30,651 nt of DNA from Catajapyx aquilonaris (taxonomy: Eukaryota), in the NCBI GenBank assembly GCA_000934665.2, contig JYFJ02000264.1, positions 124,001 through 154,651 on the forward strand, in the 5' to 3' direction. This document shows positions 1 through 11,055 of this stretch, piece after piece. Both the position numbers and the translations under genes were made by a program. Position 1 is the stretch's first letter; the number at the start of each line of letters is the position of its first letter. The notes under the pieces were generated by a model. The model had not been told where the DNA came from. It saw nothing but the letters and a program-made list of their open reading frames with translations, and ran no database searches.

Positions 1-355
1 GCCACACTCTTGACTGCAGTTCCGGAGGGATGCTTCTGAAATCCATGAGCTCTTTCTCATTTACCAACCAGCTGTAGTCGTAGTAAGAATGAGTGAACTC
101 TGTCTTCTTGAGTGTCATAAGAGCCAGGTACAGTTGTGACTGGCGAATCATGATGTCCTGCATAGAGGCACTGAATTTGGGTTCGTCCGTTGAAACAACT
201 AGGGCACAATCGCGTCCATACTTTGAGTTGAACACTTCGAGCACGAGTTGATGCAAAAGGCTGTCTTCCAAAGACACATTCGTTAGCGTCAAAGGGTAAT
301 TTGCATATACAGCAGCAGAGCACAGAAAGGCAAAGAGAAGTGGGAAGTGCGTCAT
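1..355 (-). CDS. 5' part of a secreted/membrane protein, possibly a divergent ionotropic receptor (IR) N-terminal region; runs off the left edge
   Basis: ATG at 355; 118 codons with no stop to the window edge: MTHFPLLFAFLCSAAVYA (signal-peptide-like) NYPLTLTNVSLEDSLLHQLVLEVFNSKYGRDCALVVSTDEPKF... The IR label is a resemblance only (helix followed by C-x-L-V-V-x-x-D). Confidence 0.6.
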   Translation of the reverse strand, partial: MTHFPLLFAFLCSAAVYANYPLTLTNVSLEDSLLHQLVLEVFNSKYGRDCALVVSTDEPKFSASMQDIMIRQSQLYLALMTLKKTEFTHSYYDYSWLVNEKELMDFRSIPPELQSRVW

Positions 356-1823
356 GGTATGACTTCTTCTGTTGCTTTTTCGAACCTGATTGCCTTCTAT
401 GTATAAGCTTATACTTTCAGCATGTCAGACACAGTAAGAAGTGGTACAAATATTGCTAAGTAGAGGTTAATATGTTGACACAAGGTTTGATGTAAGCCCG
501 ATAGTGACAATGTGGAAATGTAATACCTTGTGCAATATTTATTATCTATATTTAGTAATTCATGCCTGATATATCTGGCATCAAGAGCAATTTTGCTTTG
601 TCAACAGTATGTATTTTTAATGCTTCACTTACCAAAATGAAAAGTGACGTGAAAGACATCTTACTTGATCCTGAGAAAATGTATCCACTTTACACTGCTG
701 TAGACCAGTTCCATTTTGCCAATAAGTTATGCATTTACAGTAATATAACTTGTATATTGTAATCGCTTCTCAACATTACATTAATGAGCTGTCAACTAAT
801 ACAATTCTTGCAAAAATTGTATTGCATAAATTATTGTAAAATACGTGTCGATCGTGGTAGATAGTAAATCATGGACCACATGCTAATCTGTTTGTTTCCT
901 GCTGTTCCTCACTTGGGCTACGTAATTACTGTAAACATTATTGGCATTCTGCCAACGAGTCTATACTACGCAGTTCACTTCCGAAAGCAAAACAATACGA
1001 TCTTAATTTTCTTGACGCCAGCAATTTGCCAGCAGAGCAAATGGACGACTGACTCTAAAATATTCATGTTATACAGAATGGTGGAGTATACTAATCTGGG
1101 AGAATTGGACAATCGTTTCTAGCAGGCTAATAACCGGCCCAAAGGAACTGTTTCGCATTCATGACGTTAATAATTTACATCGCGCACAAATACCACAAAG
1201 CATATACCTGGGAAAAGGCAAGGGAAATAGGTATAGCAAGTGTATTCGCGTAAGTTGGTTTACATCATCATTGGTCTTAATGAAAGGGCCATTTTTTAAT
1301 ACTTTTAGTACCGTCGTCAGATGTGTCAGAACACACTATAGTAGGCTATAAAATATATATGAAAACTGCTTTTCCTTAATATATTTCACCATTTTATAGG
1401 AATATCATACACAGAAAACGATTTGACATGAAAATGTGTATTTTTTTTGCCGAAACGTGTCATCGAAAATACCACACGGTTGTGTGAGTGAATTGAAGTA
1501 GGCTACACATAATATTCTGCCTCATAAAATATATGTACGTAGACTACTACATGTGCCATTCTTCTAACCTTCCTCAAATGTGTCATGTAAAAAAAAAACC
1601 ATTTTGGCGTGTTAAAAAAACAACACATGGCACACTGTTTTGGGCCAATTTACACAAAACTCAATGGCAAGATTGGCTGACACGGTTTTATGTGACATAT
1701 ATGACATTTAGTTATGTCGAAAGTGTGTCTCAGTTTTTTGTGTAGTCATGCGTACTACATTACCAAAACAGTGCCACGCTGTATGGCACTCACTCCGCTA
1801 TCTTGATATCCAAGCAACTTATT

Positions 1824-1908
1824 TTACCGGCGAGAGAAAATATTAGAACGAATCCAAGACAAGGGGCCTCTGTAGAATAAAACTATTGCTTCTCTGTAGC
1901 TCTGAAAC
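1824..1908 (-). CDS. GPCR exon 5 (helix 8 / C-tail); acceptor position uncertain
   Basis: FQSYREAIVLFYRGPLSWIRSNIFSRR*. An alternative acceptor at 1922 gives VYVSRFQSYREA in phase 0. A further exon 1207-1159 (YMLCGICARCKLLTS*) is phase-compatible via CG|GTAAAA. Confidence 0.55.
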
Positions 1909-2341
1909 CTAGAAACGTAAACCTGTCAGTGTTTCGCTTTGAGGTTTGAGTAGGAAACAAAGAATCTTTTGCAACCCCTAACATTACCACAGTTACATTA
2001 TTTCACCCAAGGCACCACATTGTGTCTACTCACTTGATTGTACAATATTATCCACCATTCTTTTAAAGTGAGCAGGAGGACTTATTCTAATGCTCCATCA
2101 CCCCCCTCCTCCCTAAACTCTGGCTCAATAATAGTTCATTATTTCAGATGCTCATATAGGCAGATTTGCTAATTATTTCAGTATTATCATGTGAAACGTA
2201 TTAGAGTTGAGGCCAGAGTTCCTTATTTTATAAGGAGGATTCAGGGTTGAATTTTACACTTGGGGGATTATAACCATAATGCCATTATTTTATCACTGTA
2301 TTAAGGTTAAGCCAAGTTGTTAAAAATTTCAGTTAACTTAC

Positions 2342-2559
2342 CTGTATATGCAGAAGACGGCGCCAAATGCATAGTAGCACAACGTTAAAAATGTGTAGTA
2401 TATGTAGGGCTTAGACCATGGACCTCCTTTACAGCACAAATAAATGGCTATTGTTAGAGTATAGTTGTTATTATATATGCTGCTACTAACAATGCCATAC
2501 GACTTACTGCACGGGTGTCTCTCTTCTTCAGAGCATCCGCAGTGACCTCAGAGACACCT
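2342..2559 (-). CDS. GPCR exon 4 (ICL3, TM6, TM7), contains the frameshift
   Basis: Strong acceptor TTTTCTCTCATACCAG|; GVSEVTADALKKRDTRAVSRMALLVAAYIITTIL* continues in the shifted frame as LTIAIYLCCKGGPWSKPYIYYTFLTLCYYAFGAVFCIY; donor AG|GTAAGT. Confidence 0.75.
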
Positions 2560-2640
2560 CTGGTATGAGAGAAAACAAAAATTAATTTGCATCTAATTAA
2601 TGTGGAAGTTTAGTGATAAGACTGATTACACATAAAATAC

Positions 2641-2825
2641 CTGAACGTGCTCTGTATGTTGCGCCAAATAATTATCAGTTTGATTACAATTAATATTATG
2701 CAAATTAAACTTAGAGTCCAGGGAACAACAGCACAAACTAAAAAGTCAATGAAGGATGCCCATGGATTTATATAAAGAGAACCACACTGTCCCAAAATTC
2801 TGTTGTATCCATATCCATTTTCCAC
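2641..2825 (-). CDS. GPCR exon 3 (ECL2, TM5)
   Basis: VENGYGYNRILGQCGSLYINPWASFIDFLVCAVVPWTLSLICIILIVIKL with ECL2 Cys and P5.50; phase 0 in, phase 2 out (AG|GTATTT). Confidence 0.85.
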
Positions 2826-2990
2826 CTGCATGTGACGAAAAGGATTTTAAAATTAGTGAATAAGCTGATTAGAGCAAAAAGCTCACGAGAAACTCACGGA
2901 AAATTCGCTGCAACATGCTATACATTACAAGACAATACATAGGCATGGACTATACTGTACCGGTACAATGAAGTATAGGCTACAACTCAC

Positions 2991-3105
2991 CGCAGCAATA
3001 CTTGTCATTATGAATGCTAATCCCCATATCGCAACAAGAGCTGGGATAGTATTGCAAGACTCGAAGAGCACTGAATTTGCTGCAGGGCAGTACAGTACGA
3101 ACAAC
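2991..3105 (-). CDS. GPCR exon 2 (ICL2, TM4)
   Basis: TTTCAG| acceptor after a 62-nt intron; RLFVLYCPAANSVLFESCNTIPALVAIWGLAFIMTSIAA with W4.50; donor GTGAGT. Confidence 0.85.
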
Positions 3106-3167
3106 CTGAAATTTTTGTGACAATGCTGTTTGTTGAATTAGACTAAGTAAAACGTTTAAAATCTTAC

Positions 3168-3625
3168 CTGCTTAGATATGCTGCTGAAATTGAATACATT
3201 GACGCTACTTCAAACACATGGGTACAAAATGCATAGACCTTACAAAAGACACTTCCAAACACCCATTTTCTATACAGATAAGTGATCCCCAAAATCTCCA
3301 ACATCACAAAGCAAAGAAAGACATGTGAAAAGACCAAGCTAAGCAAAAGAACAGTAGTGCAACTTCTCAATGGATACTGAGGATCCGTACTCTGTCTCCT
3401 AGCATATGGTACAGCCAGTAATAACACCAGGTTTCCAAAGCCACCAAAGAAACCGAGCACAATCCAATATACGCCGGCAATAATAGAAAAGTAATGCGGA
3501 ATATCAGGAAAGCAACAGGAAGGGGCAGATAGTTCCAAACACACACGCGAGGTCTCGTGATCGTTTCTTTCGCAAAACGTGTCATTCAATGTCTGCGAAA
3601 TATGTGCCATAGATGCTGCCACCAT
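3168..3625 (-). CDS. GPCR exon 1 (N-terminus, TM1-TM3)
   Basis: AAAATGG start context; FGGFGNLVLLLAVPYARR (TM1 GN), TTVLLLSLVFSH (TM2), WVFGSVFCK (ECL1 W, C3.25); donor AG|GTAAGA at 3167. Confidence 0.9.
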
Positions 3626-3979
3626 TTTAATATAGGTTGTACGAAGACGAATAAGGCACCCACTCACACTCGGACAGACGGACTGTAGGCCTATGTGGCA
3701 TTACATATCCATGTCCTTCAACAAGTCATCTCACGTGTGAAGTGAGTGATATTAATTTCATTGTTATAACTTCACCTGCCAAAAAAACAAAGGAATTAAT
3801 GGAAAAAAGGACAAATGGCTTATTGTCCATAATATTAATCTCATTACTGTCGTGTTTCAAGAGACAAGCAGTGTTTCTGCTATTACAATGTGTATTACAC
3901 ACCGATGTAATCAATCACATGATAATGTTTTTTTTCGTACCAAATTATGCACTAAAACCTCGTCTCCCTTTGTTTTGAA

Positions 3980-4700
3980 TCGTCCGGGTTGATCTCTTAG
4001 TGCTGCACACTATGGGAGAGAGGTCGCCACCAGTCGTGCCGACTGGTGCGACCTCTGTTGAGCACACTAAATTGACCTTGGTGTTTCCACATCGGCTGCT
4101 TCCGCCTGGAGTTGCTCCTGGTTGGCTGTGCCCCCACCACCATTACAAGAGCGTTGGCTGTCCCCCCTCTCTTCTCCCCCTCCTCCCAACCCCCAACACA
4201 CTCTCCGTCCCCCTCTTTTTTTTTGCACAGTCTGTCGTCATTTTGGTGGTTTCATCCGTTCATCGGAAGAGATTCGAGAGAGAGAGAGAGAGCTCGAAAA
4301 GGATGATGGCGCCCATGGACTCTTCCTTTCTCCACTGCCTCCGCTCCGCTGGTTGTGTCTCAGGCCCCGTCGACCCTTGCCCTTCCACCGCCTCGTCGCG
4401 CTGCACCTTCTGGTAAACGGAGCAGTTGGGAGCATCTCGTTCGACACAGACACACACACTCCTCGTTGTGCACCACTGAAGGAAAGAAGAAGCGAGAGGA
4501 GGGCTCGTTCAAATCCACTCAACGTCAGCCAGCCAACCAACTGGATAGAGCTAAAGAGTAACCACAGAAGGAGAAGGTATCCCCTGTCCGATTGCTTGTT
4601 GTCGTTGCCTGTGTGTGTGCAACCAGTAGAGGTAATGAGTTGCTTGCTTTGCCCCTGCCCTCACTTGTGGTAGGTACGGTGCTCAATGCCTGCTTACCCT
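3980..4700 (+). promoter_or_regulatory. CpG-rich putative promoter/first exon of ZF unit 1, head-to-head with the GPCR
   Basis: CpG-rich by eye relative to 5.5-14.8 kb; pyrimidine tracts; (GA)8 at 4276-4292; candidate donors at 4413 (GTAAAC), 4578, 4632 and 4674. Confidence 0.5.
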
Positions 4701-5174
4701 CATGCACACATGTACACGTACCATGGGTCTTGATAGGACTTGTGCATCACACAGTTCTAAGCAGAGATGTGTTGGAAAGTCAATTCAGTGGGGGGGGGAA
4801 CCTAGCAGTAGTGGCCTGTAAGGCAGACAAAGCTTCAGTGAACGTCAGTTCCAAGCAACGACGCCAAGTTTTAGATTTAGAGGGATATCAGGCAGGTGCT
4901 TGGGCGATGCTGAGAAGGAGAAAAGGAATAATAACAATAATAATAATAGCCGCATTTACACTTGAGCGATTTGATCGGCGATGTTGCAGCTATGTCATCG
5001 CCGAATGATGAGACCAATAATTGTTCGGGGCGAAAATACGTGGTTAGTACCACGATTGTTATTTCGCTCAGCGATGATATCTCTGCAACATTGCAGATCA
5101 AATTGCTCACATGTAAGTGCGACTTAACCTGGGTAGTGCTTGACCTCATTGGGAGGTATGTAGCATTTTGCCTT

Positions 5175-5454
5175 TGTGTACAGTACACTACATTTTTGGA
5201 ACCTTTGTACAAAGCACCTGAGTCCGAAGGCAAGGGTGAGCGAGAGGGGAGGTTCAAGGTGCTAGTGCAATGTTTATAACGGTCATTTTGTGAGTTCCCC
5301 TGGGTGGTTAGTTTCAAGATATCCCACCCGAGAAGGAGCCAAAGACGACCCAACTCTGCACGAGATGAAGGGGGGAATACCTGGGCTTGGGATCAAACCC
5401 GGGATCATTTCATCCGTGGGTGTGTATGTTACAGCAGCGCCACTCCTCCTCCCC
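5175..5454 (-). mobile_element. tRNA-derived SINE (3' boundary approximate)
   Basis: Minus strand begins GGGGAGGAGGAG, then A-box-like TGGCGCTGCTG (5442-5432) and B-box-like GGTTTGATCCC (5399-5389), then an unrelated body; no tRNA acceptor stem or CCA end. Confidence 0.65.
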
Positions 5455-5899
5455 TCAGTGGGAGGGGAATAGTAGTAGGGAGTAGGTAATGATTCAGGAT
5501 GGGTCCTTCATACAATATTAGGATAACTTACAATCTCGATACCTTACGTACATATGTGATTCTCGGGTAGGGAAGGGTAGATGACATTAACTAACCTAAC
5601 CATGCTGTGCCTAATGTAACCTACCATCTATGAATTGTAATGTAACACTTTATACCTATCACATCAATGCAGGGCTATTCACAACATGGCCTGCTCACCA
5701 GACCACATTGGAAACTCCTGCACTTGGAAATCATTCTAAAATTCAACTATACTGTTTTACGCCACAACATTTACTTTCCTATGCATCTCTGGCTTGAAAC
5801 TACATGACACACTGATCATTTTCTTAGTAAAACACCTGGACTTGAGGTACCTGTGTGTAAGAAAAGGAGACATTTACCAAAGATGTCTCACATGATCAT

Positions 5900-6460
5900 G
5901 CTGGCAGTGGGAGAAGAGAGGGCCAGACAGGCACTATGTTAGTGATGCTTTTCTTTGAGAACTTGGCCACTAACGCTTTCTAATCATGCACGTTGAATCC
6001 CACAAATAACACTTGAACTCATTTGCATTATTGCTTTGGCAACCACTAGTCACTTATAACATCAGCAGATATTGCATGCCCATCTCCAAATCATACAAAA
6101 AAGAAGCAGTTGTAACTCATCATAGATTTGACCTAATACTAGGCATAGGTGCAATATAACATGCAACCTTTGCTCACAGCTAACATATGTGGCATAAAAA
6201 TTAACTCCTTGAAAACTGTGGAGTGGTTTTAAATATAGGGACTCATAAACAAAAATGAGGCAGCTTACTGTTGGCAATATTAAGGATTGCATTTCATCGT
6301 CATGTTTTCACATGCAGTCAACTATTCCCTTCCCTGAAGATGTTTACTTGAGTCAGGATCAAGCATGATTTCTACTGATACATAATCTCAACTTACATAT
6401 GATCACCCTGTTACGTAATGGCAAAAATGATGCAGAAGTGTAGAACTTTGTGTTTGTGGT
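5900..6460 (-). mobile_element. Highly decayed LINE reverse-transcriptase C-terminal remnant
   Basis: Interrupted translation with FQGVNF (cf. YLGVxF) and IRSNL**VTTASF...LEMGMQ (cf. IRSxLEYAxxxW...LExxQ). Boundaries approximate. Confidence 0.3.
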
Positions 6461-8992
6461 TTAAAAAGAAGAAGAATGTGGGTTTTTAGAAACTGTAATT
6501 ATCATCCAACTGGCAACTTGTATGAAATATTTAACAGTAATCTGGAAAGTACATTAGTTTATATTATAATCAGCATACTTTTTGAGGCCTCCAAAACGAC
6601 CAAAGTCAATGCTTCCCAAAAAGAAAGAGAGCCCTTCTTCGTCTTGCACCGACCATGCCCCTTTCAGCCATGTAATGCAACTGGAAATATCTTGCAACAT
6701 ATCATCTGGCTGGTCTGATTTCATCTCTCTGGGAGGTAGGCAAGTAAGGTCCAGTCATTAACACTAGCCAAACTAGCCACCCAGACCCACGCCAAGTCAA
6801 ATGTAACACATGCATCTCTCAAGGCCAAAATAGACAGGTCTGTGTGATTACTTGTATTTCATCCATTGTTGCACTGTACAGTGGTGGCAGATTATTTAAA
6901 TTTCAACCAGTTTCCCCAGTGCATAACATTTTTTTATAGCTATGGTAGTTGTCGAGCCAAAACTTTTAAGTGGCGACTTTTACTTGTATCCTGAGCCTGG
7001 GATGTGCACATGCCGTCATTCTTGTGCTGAATCTTACTCTGTGACTGCTTGACCCCAACTGTAAGACCTGTGTGTGTGTTATCTAAATCAGGCTCATGCT
7101 CACTAGTGTCAGTTGGATTCAAATGCTTGTTCCTGACTGCTGTGTCAGGAAGATGCCTCGTAACCTCTAGATATCTTGTTTATAATTTTATACTTTCGTG
7201 TGATGTTGCTCGAGATGTAGGCTAGCTTCTGTCCACTCACAAGTTAGTGCACAACTGACTTATGACCATTCCCCATAGCTATTCCACTTGCAATTTTGGA
7301 CACAAGTCGAGTGAACTGCATTTGCTGAGAAAGAATGTGATGGGAGCATTACGATATTAGATTTTCATTTTCTTCCCTCAAAACTAGTCAGAGTGGGCAT
7401 AGGTTAGTGTAAGAGCAACAGTGTGGTACCTCTAATTGTGCTGTGGAAACTTGCCATGGACCAACCAACTGATAGAAATTTTTCTGCTGATTATTTCTAA
7501 ATATGAACTTGAAGCATTTCCGGCATTCTAGAAAAAAAAGGACACCTTGCATTACCTGAGCTGCCATGAGAACGATTGCCACTTGTTTTTGAAACTTTGG
7601 AACGCCGATGGAACACTTTTCATGGCAGAATCAGCAGAATCAGGGGTCACCCAAACCCTGAATTGGTGAGTCATGTAATCAGCTCCATTTATGATTCGAT
7701 TATGACTGCTTTTCATATTCAATAGCAAAAGCATACAGTACTAATAATGTCAGAAGTTGTTACAAAACTGGATGGACAATGTGTATGGTTAGAATATTTG
7801 TTATGATGCTATTTTCTATCATCATCCATAGTGCCTGAGATAATAAGTCAAGCTGTAAGATATGAGATATAAGTAGCCAAGCCAATGTGGAGGCATTGTT
7901 CATACTGGTTGCATTCCAGTCGTTTTCTCACCTTATCAACAATCAAATCATGACACAGTTTTAACTTCCTTGTAGTTATTGGTATTTTGAACTGTGATAT
8001 ATTTTGCCTCTTGAATTCTTCAAGGCCCTAGAGGTCCTAGAGAGCAAGAATTGGATCATGGGCGAGTGTGGCTGCTCTTGGTAGAGTAGCAGGACTGCGA
8101 TGTCTGCCATCCTGAATAATCATGTGACAAACGTTTACTGGATTACCCACCAACCAGTAAACCTTCCCAAAAGCACATAATACGTGTGTGCAATATCTGC
8201 ATGACCTGGCTTCTGTCCTCACTTGGTTTCACGTGAATCACCCATATAAGCAACCCACTTTTACACCATTACCTGATTGTTCTGGCCTGTCGCCACTTTA
8301 GGCCGGTATCGATGTAAAAGTTTCTCGTGCAAGAGGAGCCAACTGGGCATGCCCATATCAGAGGAAAGAGAAAAAGTAGAAAATTTTCAACTTTAATCCC
8401 CTTTCTGAGGGGCCAGAGGGGCCCTGAGGCGACATAGAGTCTGTCTTGACGGACAAGATTCCTCGCACATGAGGATTCTGCCATGAGAAACTTTTGTGTG
8501 GATACCCAGCTTTAGACTGAGATCCCAGATTTGAATTTATGAGTGGGCTATTAAATCAGATCGTAATCATGTAGAGACAATTGTGGAGTATCACCATATT
8601 ACAATTTCCAGATATTATTTACAATATTATAATCTGACATAACTGGAAGTAACCTTTTACATATCAGTTGATATGACCAGCCCCTAGCATACAATCTCTG
8701 GCTTTGCATTCTGTTGGATATTTTAGGTTCCATTGGTAAATATTGACTGATACATCTGTGTCAAAAATGATAATCAATCTCCTTGAACTTTTTGTTGTAG
8801 CTTGAGGATTCAAAGTGCAGCAGTTTCACTGGATTAGTTTTTTTTGGCAGTTTATTGTGCCTGTAATATATGGCTCTTGTCGTCTGGGCTTGAATTTGAG
8901 CTAGTCACAAGAGACAATATATTGTCTGCCCAAATATCATGTTGTGACTAATTCAAAACTACATTTTCTCTCTTGACAGGAGTGTTGCTAGA

Positions 8993-9241
8993 ATGTCAGA
9001 CGTTGGAGTCAAGCTGGAGGCAGAAGAATCGGAAGACATGGGCCCTGATCTTGAGTTTTCAGAAGAGTGGAGGAAAGACATAAAGAGCGAGGACAATCCC
9101 CAGCAGGACGAATATAACACCTTGTTTGTCACCACTCCTGATGTGTTGCAGGGGATCAGCCTCATTCCAGGTCAGCCTACCTATTACATCATCAAGCAAG
9201 AGCAGGAAAACCAGCCATTAGTTTTGGAGCAGCCACCACAG
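8993..9241 (+). CDS. ZF unit 1 acidic N-terminal coding exon (exon 8980-9241)
   Basis: Acceptor TTTTCTCTCTTGACAG|8980; 83 aa MSDVGVKLEAEESED...EQPPQ; phase-0 donor CAG|GTTGGT; contains VKLE, IKSE and IKQE. Confidence 0.8.
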
Positions 9242-9688
9242 GTTGGTTTGATCTTGGTGAGCACATCCTATATTATGAAGGTTTTATGGGTGTTATCTGC
9301 CTGTTTGTCCTGAGTCTTTCTCCAGCTTCTTGTCAGGGTAGAAAGCTGAAACTTGGTACATTCATTGTATTAGTATTGTGTACTTGCACAAAATTGGAAG
9401 GAAGTTGGGACATATGGGGTATTTTTGGGACACTATTTTTAAAAAGGGATATTGACTTATCGTATGTGGTAGAGAGATGGTAGTGTACCCTTCTTTTTCA
9501 GCCCTCCCTCCTTCCTACCAACAGCGCAACCTGTTGGAACTGTGCCATGCATGTTTTGACTCAGGCCCTAATTGCAATATATTCTACTGGGGCCTCCCTG
9601 GCCCTACCCCACTACTCCGAACCAATCCCTATGCTGTCTCTGGGCTAAACAAATACTGTACCTCAGTTCAGGCAATTTTTGCCTGAGA

Positions 9689-10649
9689 CAGTCGACTCCG
9701 GATATAAGAAACTTCAAGCGACAGTGGAAATCAAGGTCTGTTGCAGCCAAATCATCACTTTTGCAACAAATACATAAAGTTTTCTGCTTGCCATATGCCT
9801 TTAATGCACACTGTTGCATACAGATTAATGAAACTATCCACAAAAATGTGAAATGAGCTTACCTGTAAATTAAGCAGGACCAAATAAATTCGTAATGTTC
9901 TTCTGCCATCTTCTTGTTTCCAAATATACCTCCTCAATGTTGCGCTACAGTTGGCTGACCCGGTCCTTGACCCCATCTGTGTTGCCTTAGTATTCAAAAA
10001 ATTGGGAGATGACGTTCACTGCATGCAAAATCTGCTGTTGGTGGCAGAGTTGGCAGTATCTTTGTCATTGTCATCACATGTCAGTAGGCCTAAATCCTGC
10101 TGCATCTTCTTCGCTTCTATTACGATGTCACTTTCAGTTGGGAACTCGGTTATAATGAGATCTTGGTCCATTGTTTCAAAAGCATTGACTCTGGAAACAC
10201 CTTCAAACATTTTAATGCCGTGCCGCCTTGCCCACTCTGCAAGGGAAAGATCATCTTTATCTGCTTCACCAAACTCATAGAGCAACAATGATTGCTGATC
10301 TGCATGATGGAAAGCTCTGGCAATCGTGGTTCTCGTCACGCTTTCCCATGCTTTCTTCAGCATCGGGACACGTTCATGCTAAACTTGACTTTTTAATATG
10401 TTCTCTGGATGAACTGGAGTATACCAATAGCTTTTGGACAGTCTGAGTAATCTAAAGCAGCATATTTTCCCACCAAGGGGCAGAGAAATGGTTGGCTACA
10501 ACTGCAACTGAGACGAGGTAAAAAAGGAGTCAGCTATATCCTGAGTAAAAATACACAGGGCCTTATAGAAGTTTGCCGGAACCAGCCTTTCAAGTTGGTG
10601 ATGACCAAGGGTTGCTTATAATTGAGGCGCTTATATTCGGAGTCGACTG
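9689..10649 (-). mobile_element. Internally deleted pogo/Tigger-type DNA transposon
   Basis: TIRs CAGTCGACTCCGGATATAAG (9689) and CTTATATTCGGAGTCGACTG (ends 10649), TA on the right (left flank GA). Remnant MLKKAWESVTRTTIARAFHHA (post-DDE motif AWxxVTxxTI) and C-terminal QKNITNLF (cf. QxxITDFF). Confidence 0.85.
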
Positions 10650-10779
10650 TATTGTTTTAAAATTTTTTGCGCATGTGATTTCTGTGTCGTGGGATGGAAA
10701 GGCATGCTTGTGGTAGTAGCCATAGTGTAGGACAGTAGTGTGTGGGTTAGAAAATAATAATGCCATGGTCACTTTACAG

Positions 10780-11055
10780 AAGCAACCTGAACAACCACAT
10801 AACATGAGTTCAGCATCTTCGCGACCTGCAAAGAGCAGTCCCCAGAAGGCAGCATCTCAGTCGCGGGTGTCATTGGACAAGCCTCATGCATGCAATGTAT
10901 GCAACAAGAGCTTTGGTCAACGGTATCACTTGAAGCGGCACATGTTGATCCATACAGGGGAGAAACCCCACTCATGTGACACCTGTGGGAAGTCATTCAC
11001 CAGAAAGGACAAGCTCAAGACACACGTGAAGAAGACGCATGAGGACAAAGCGCAG
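10780..11055 (+). CDS. ZF unit 1 exon A, two C2H2 fingers
   Basis: TTTACAG| phase-0 acceptor; CNVC..HMLIH-TGEKP-CDTC..HVKKTH; phase-0 donor CAG|GTAGTA, or read-on to TAG at 11124. Confidence 0.88.

Larger units (their letters stand above)
1824..3625 (-). pseudogene. Tre1/Moody-like rhodopsin-family GPCR gene, at least 5 coding exons, frameshifted in exon 4 as sequenced
   Basis: Exons 3625-3168, 3105-2991, 2825-2641, 2559-2342 and ~1908-1824 join by GT-AG introns in compatible phases (2,0,2,2) and give 7 hydrophobic segments plus helix 8 (YREAIVLFY). Premature TAA at 2456-2454. Confidence 0.7.

Noticed and set aside
57..323. Listed 88-aa Cys-rich minus-strand ORF
   Set aside because: Non-ATG start, and it overlaps a better frame (ATG 355, signal peptide, open to the edge).
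2450..2507. GTAAGT...AATAG as an intron rescuing the GPCR frameshift
   Set aside because: It would delete TM6 and resume in a frame that stops within about 20 codons.
4000..5353. Many overlapping 100-180 aa ORFs on both strands
   Set aside because: Low-complexity GC-rich sequence with few stops and no domain signal; only 4303-4412 is kept as a tentative exon.
5380..5454. tRNA gene
   Set aside because: A and B boxes are degenerate and no cloverleaf or terminator is evident; better explained as a SINE head.
5588..5602. TTAGG telomere-like AACCTAACC
   Set aside because: Only about two units; not an array.
7552..7734. FQSFKNKWQS as a second Transib N-terminal relic
   Set aside because: Match too short; no TIR or further motifs found.
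8030..8520. Possible LINE RNase H / zinc-knuckle relic on the minus strand (CRYC..HVLC)
   Set aside because: Too degenerate to support without a profile search.
9290..9480. DINE-1/Helentron-like fragment (GCTGAAACTTGGTACA)
   Set aside because: A single suggestive motif; termini could not be defined.
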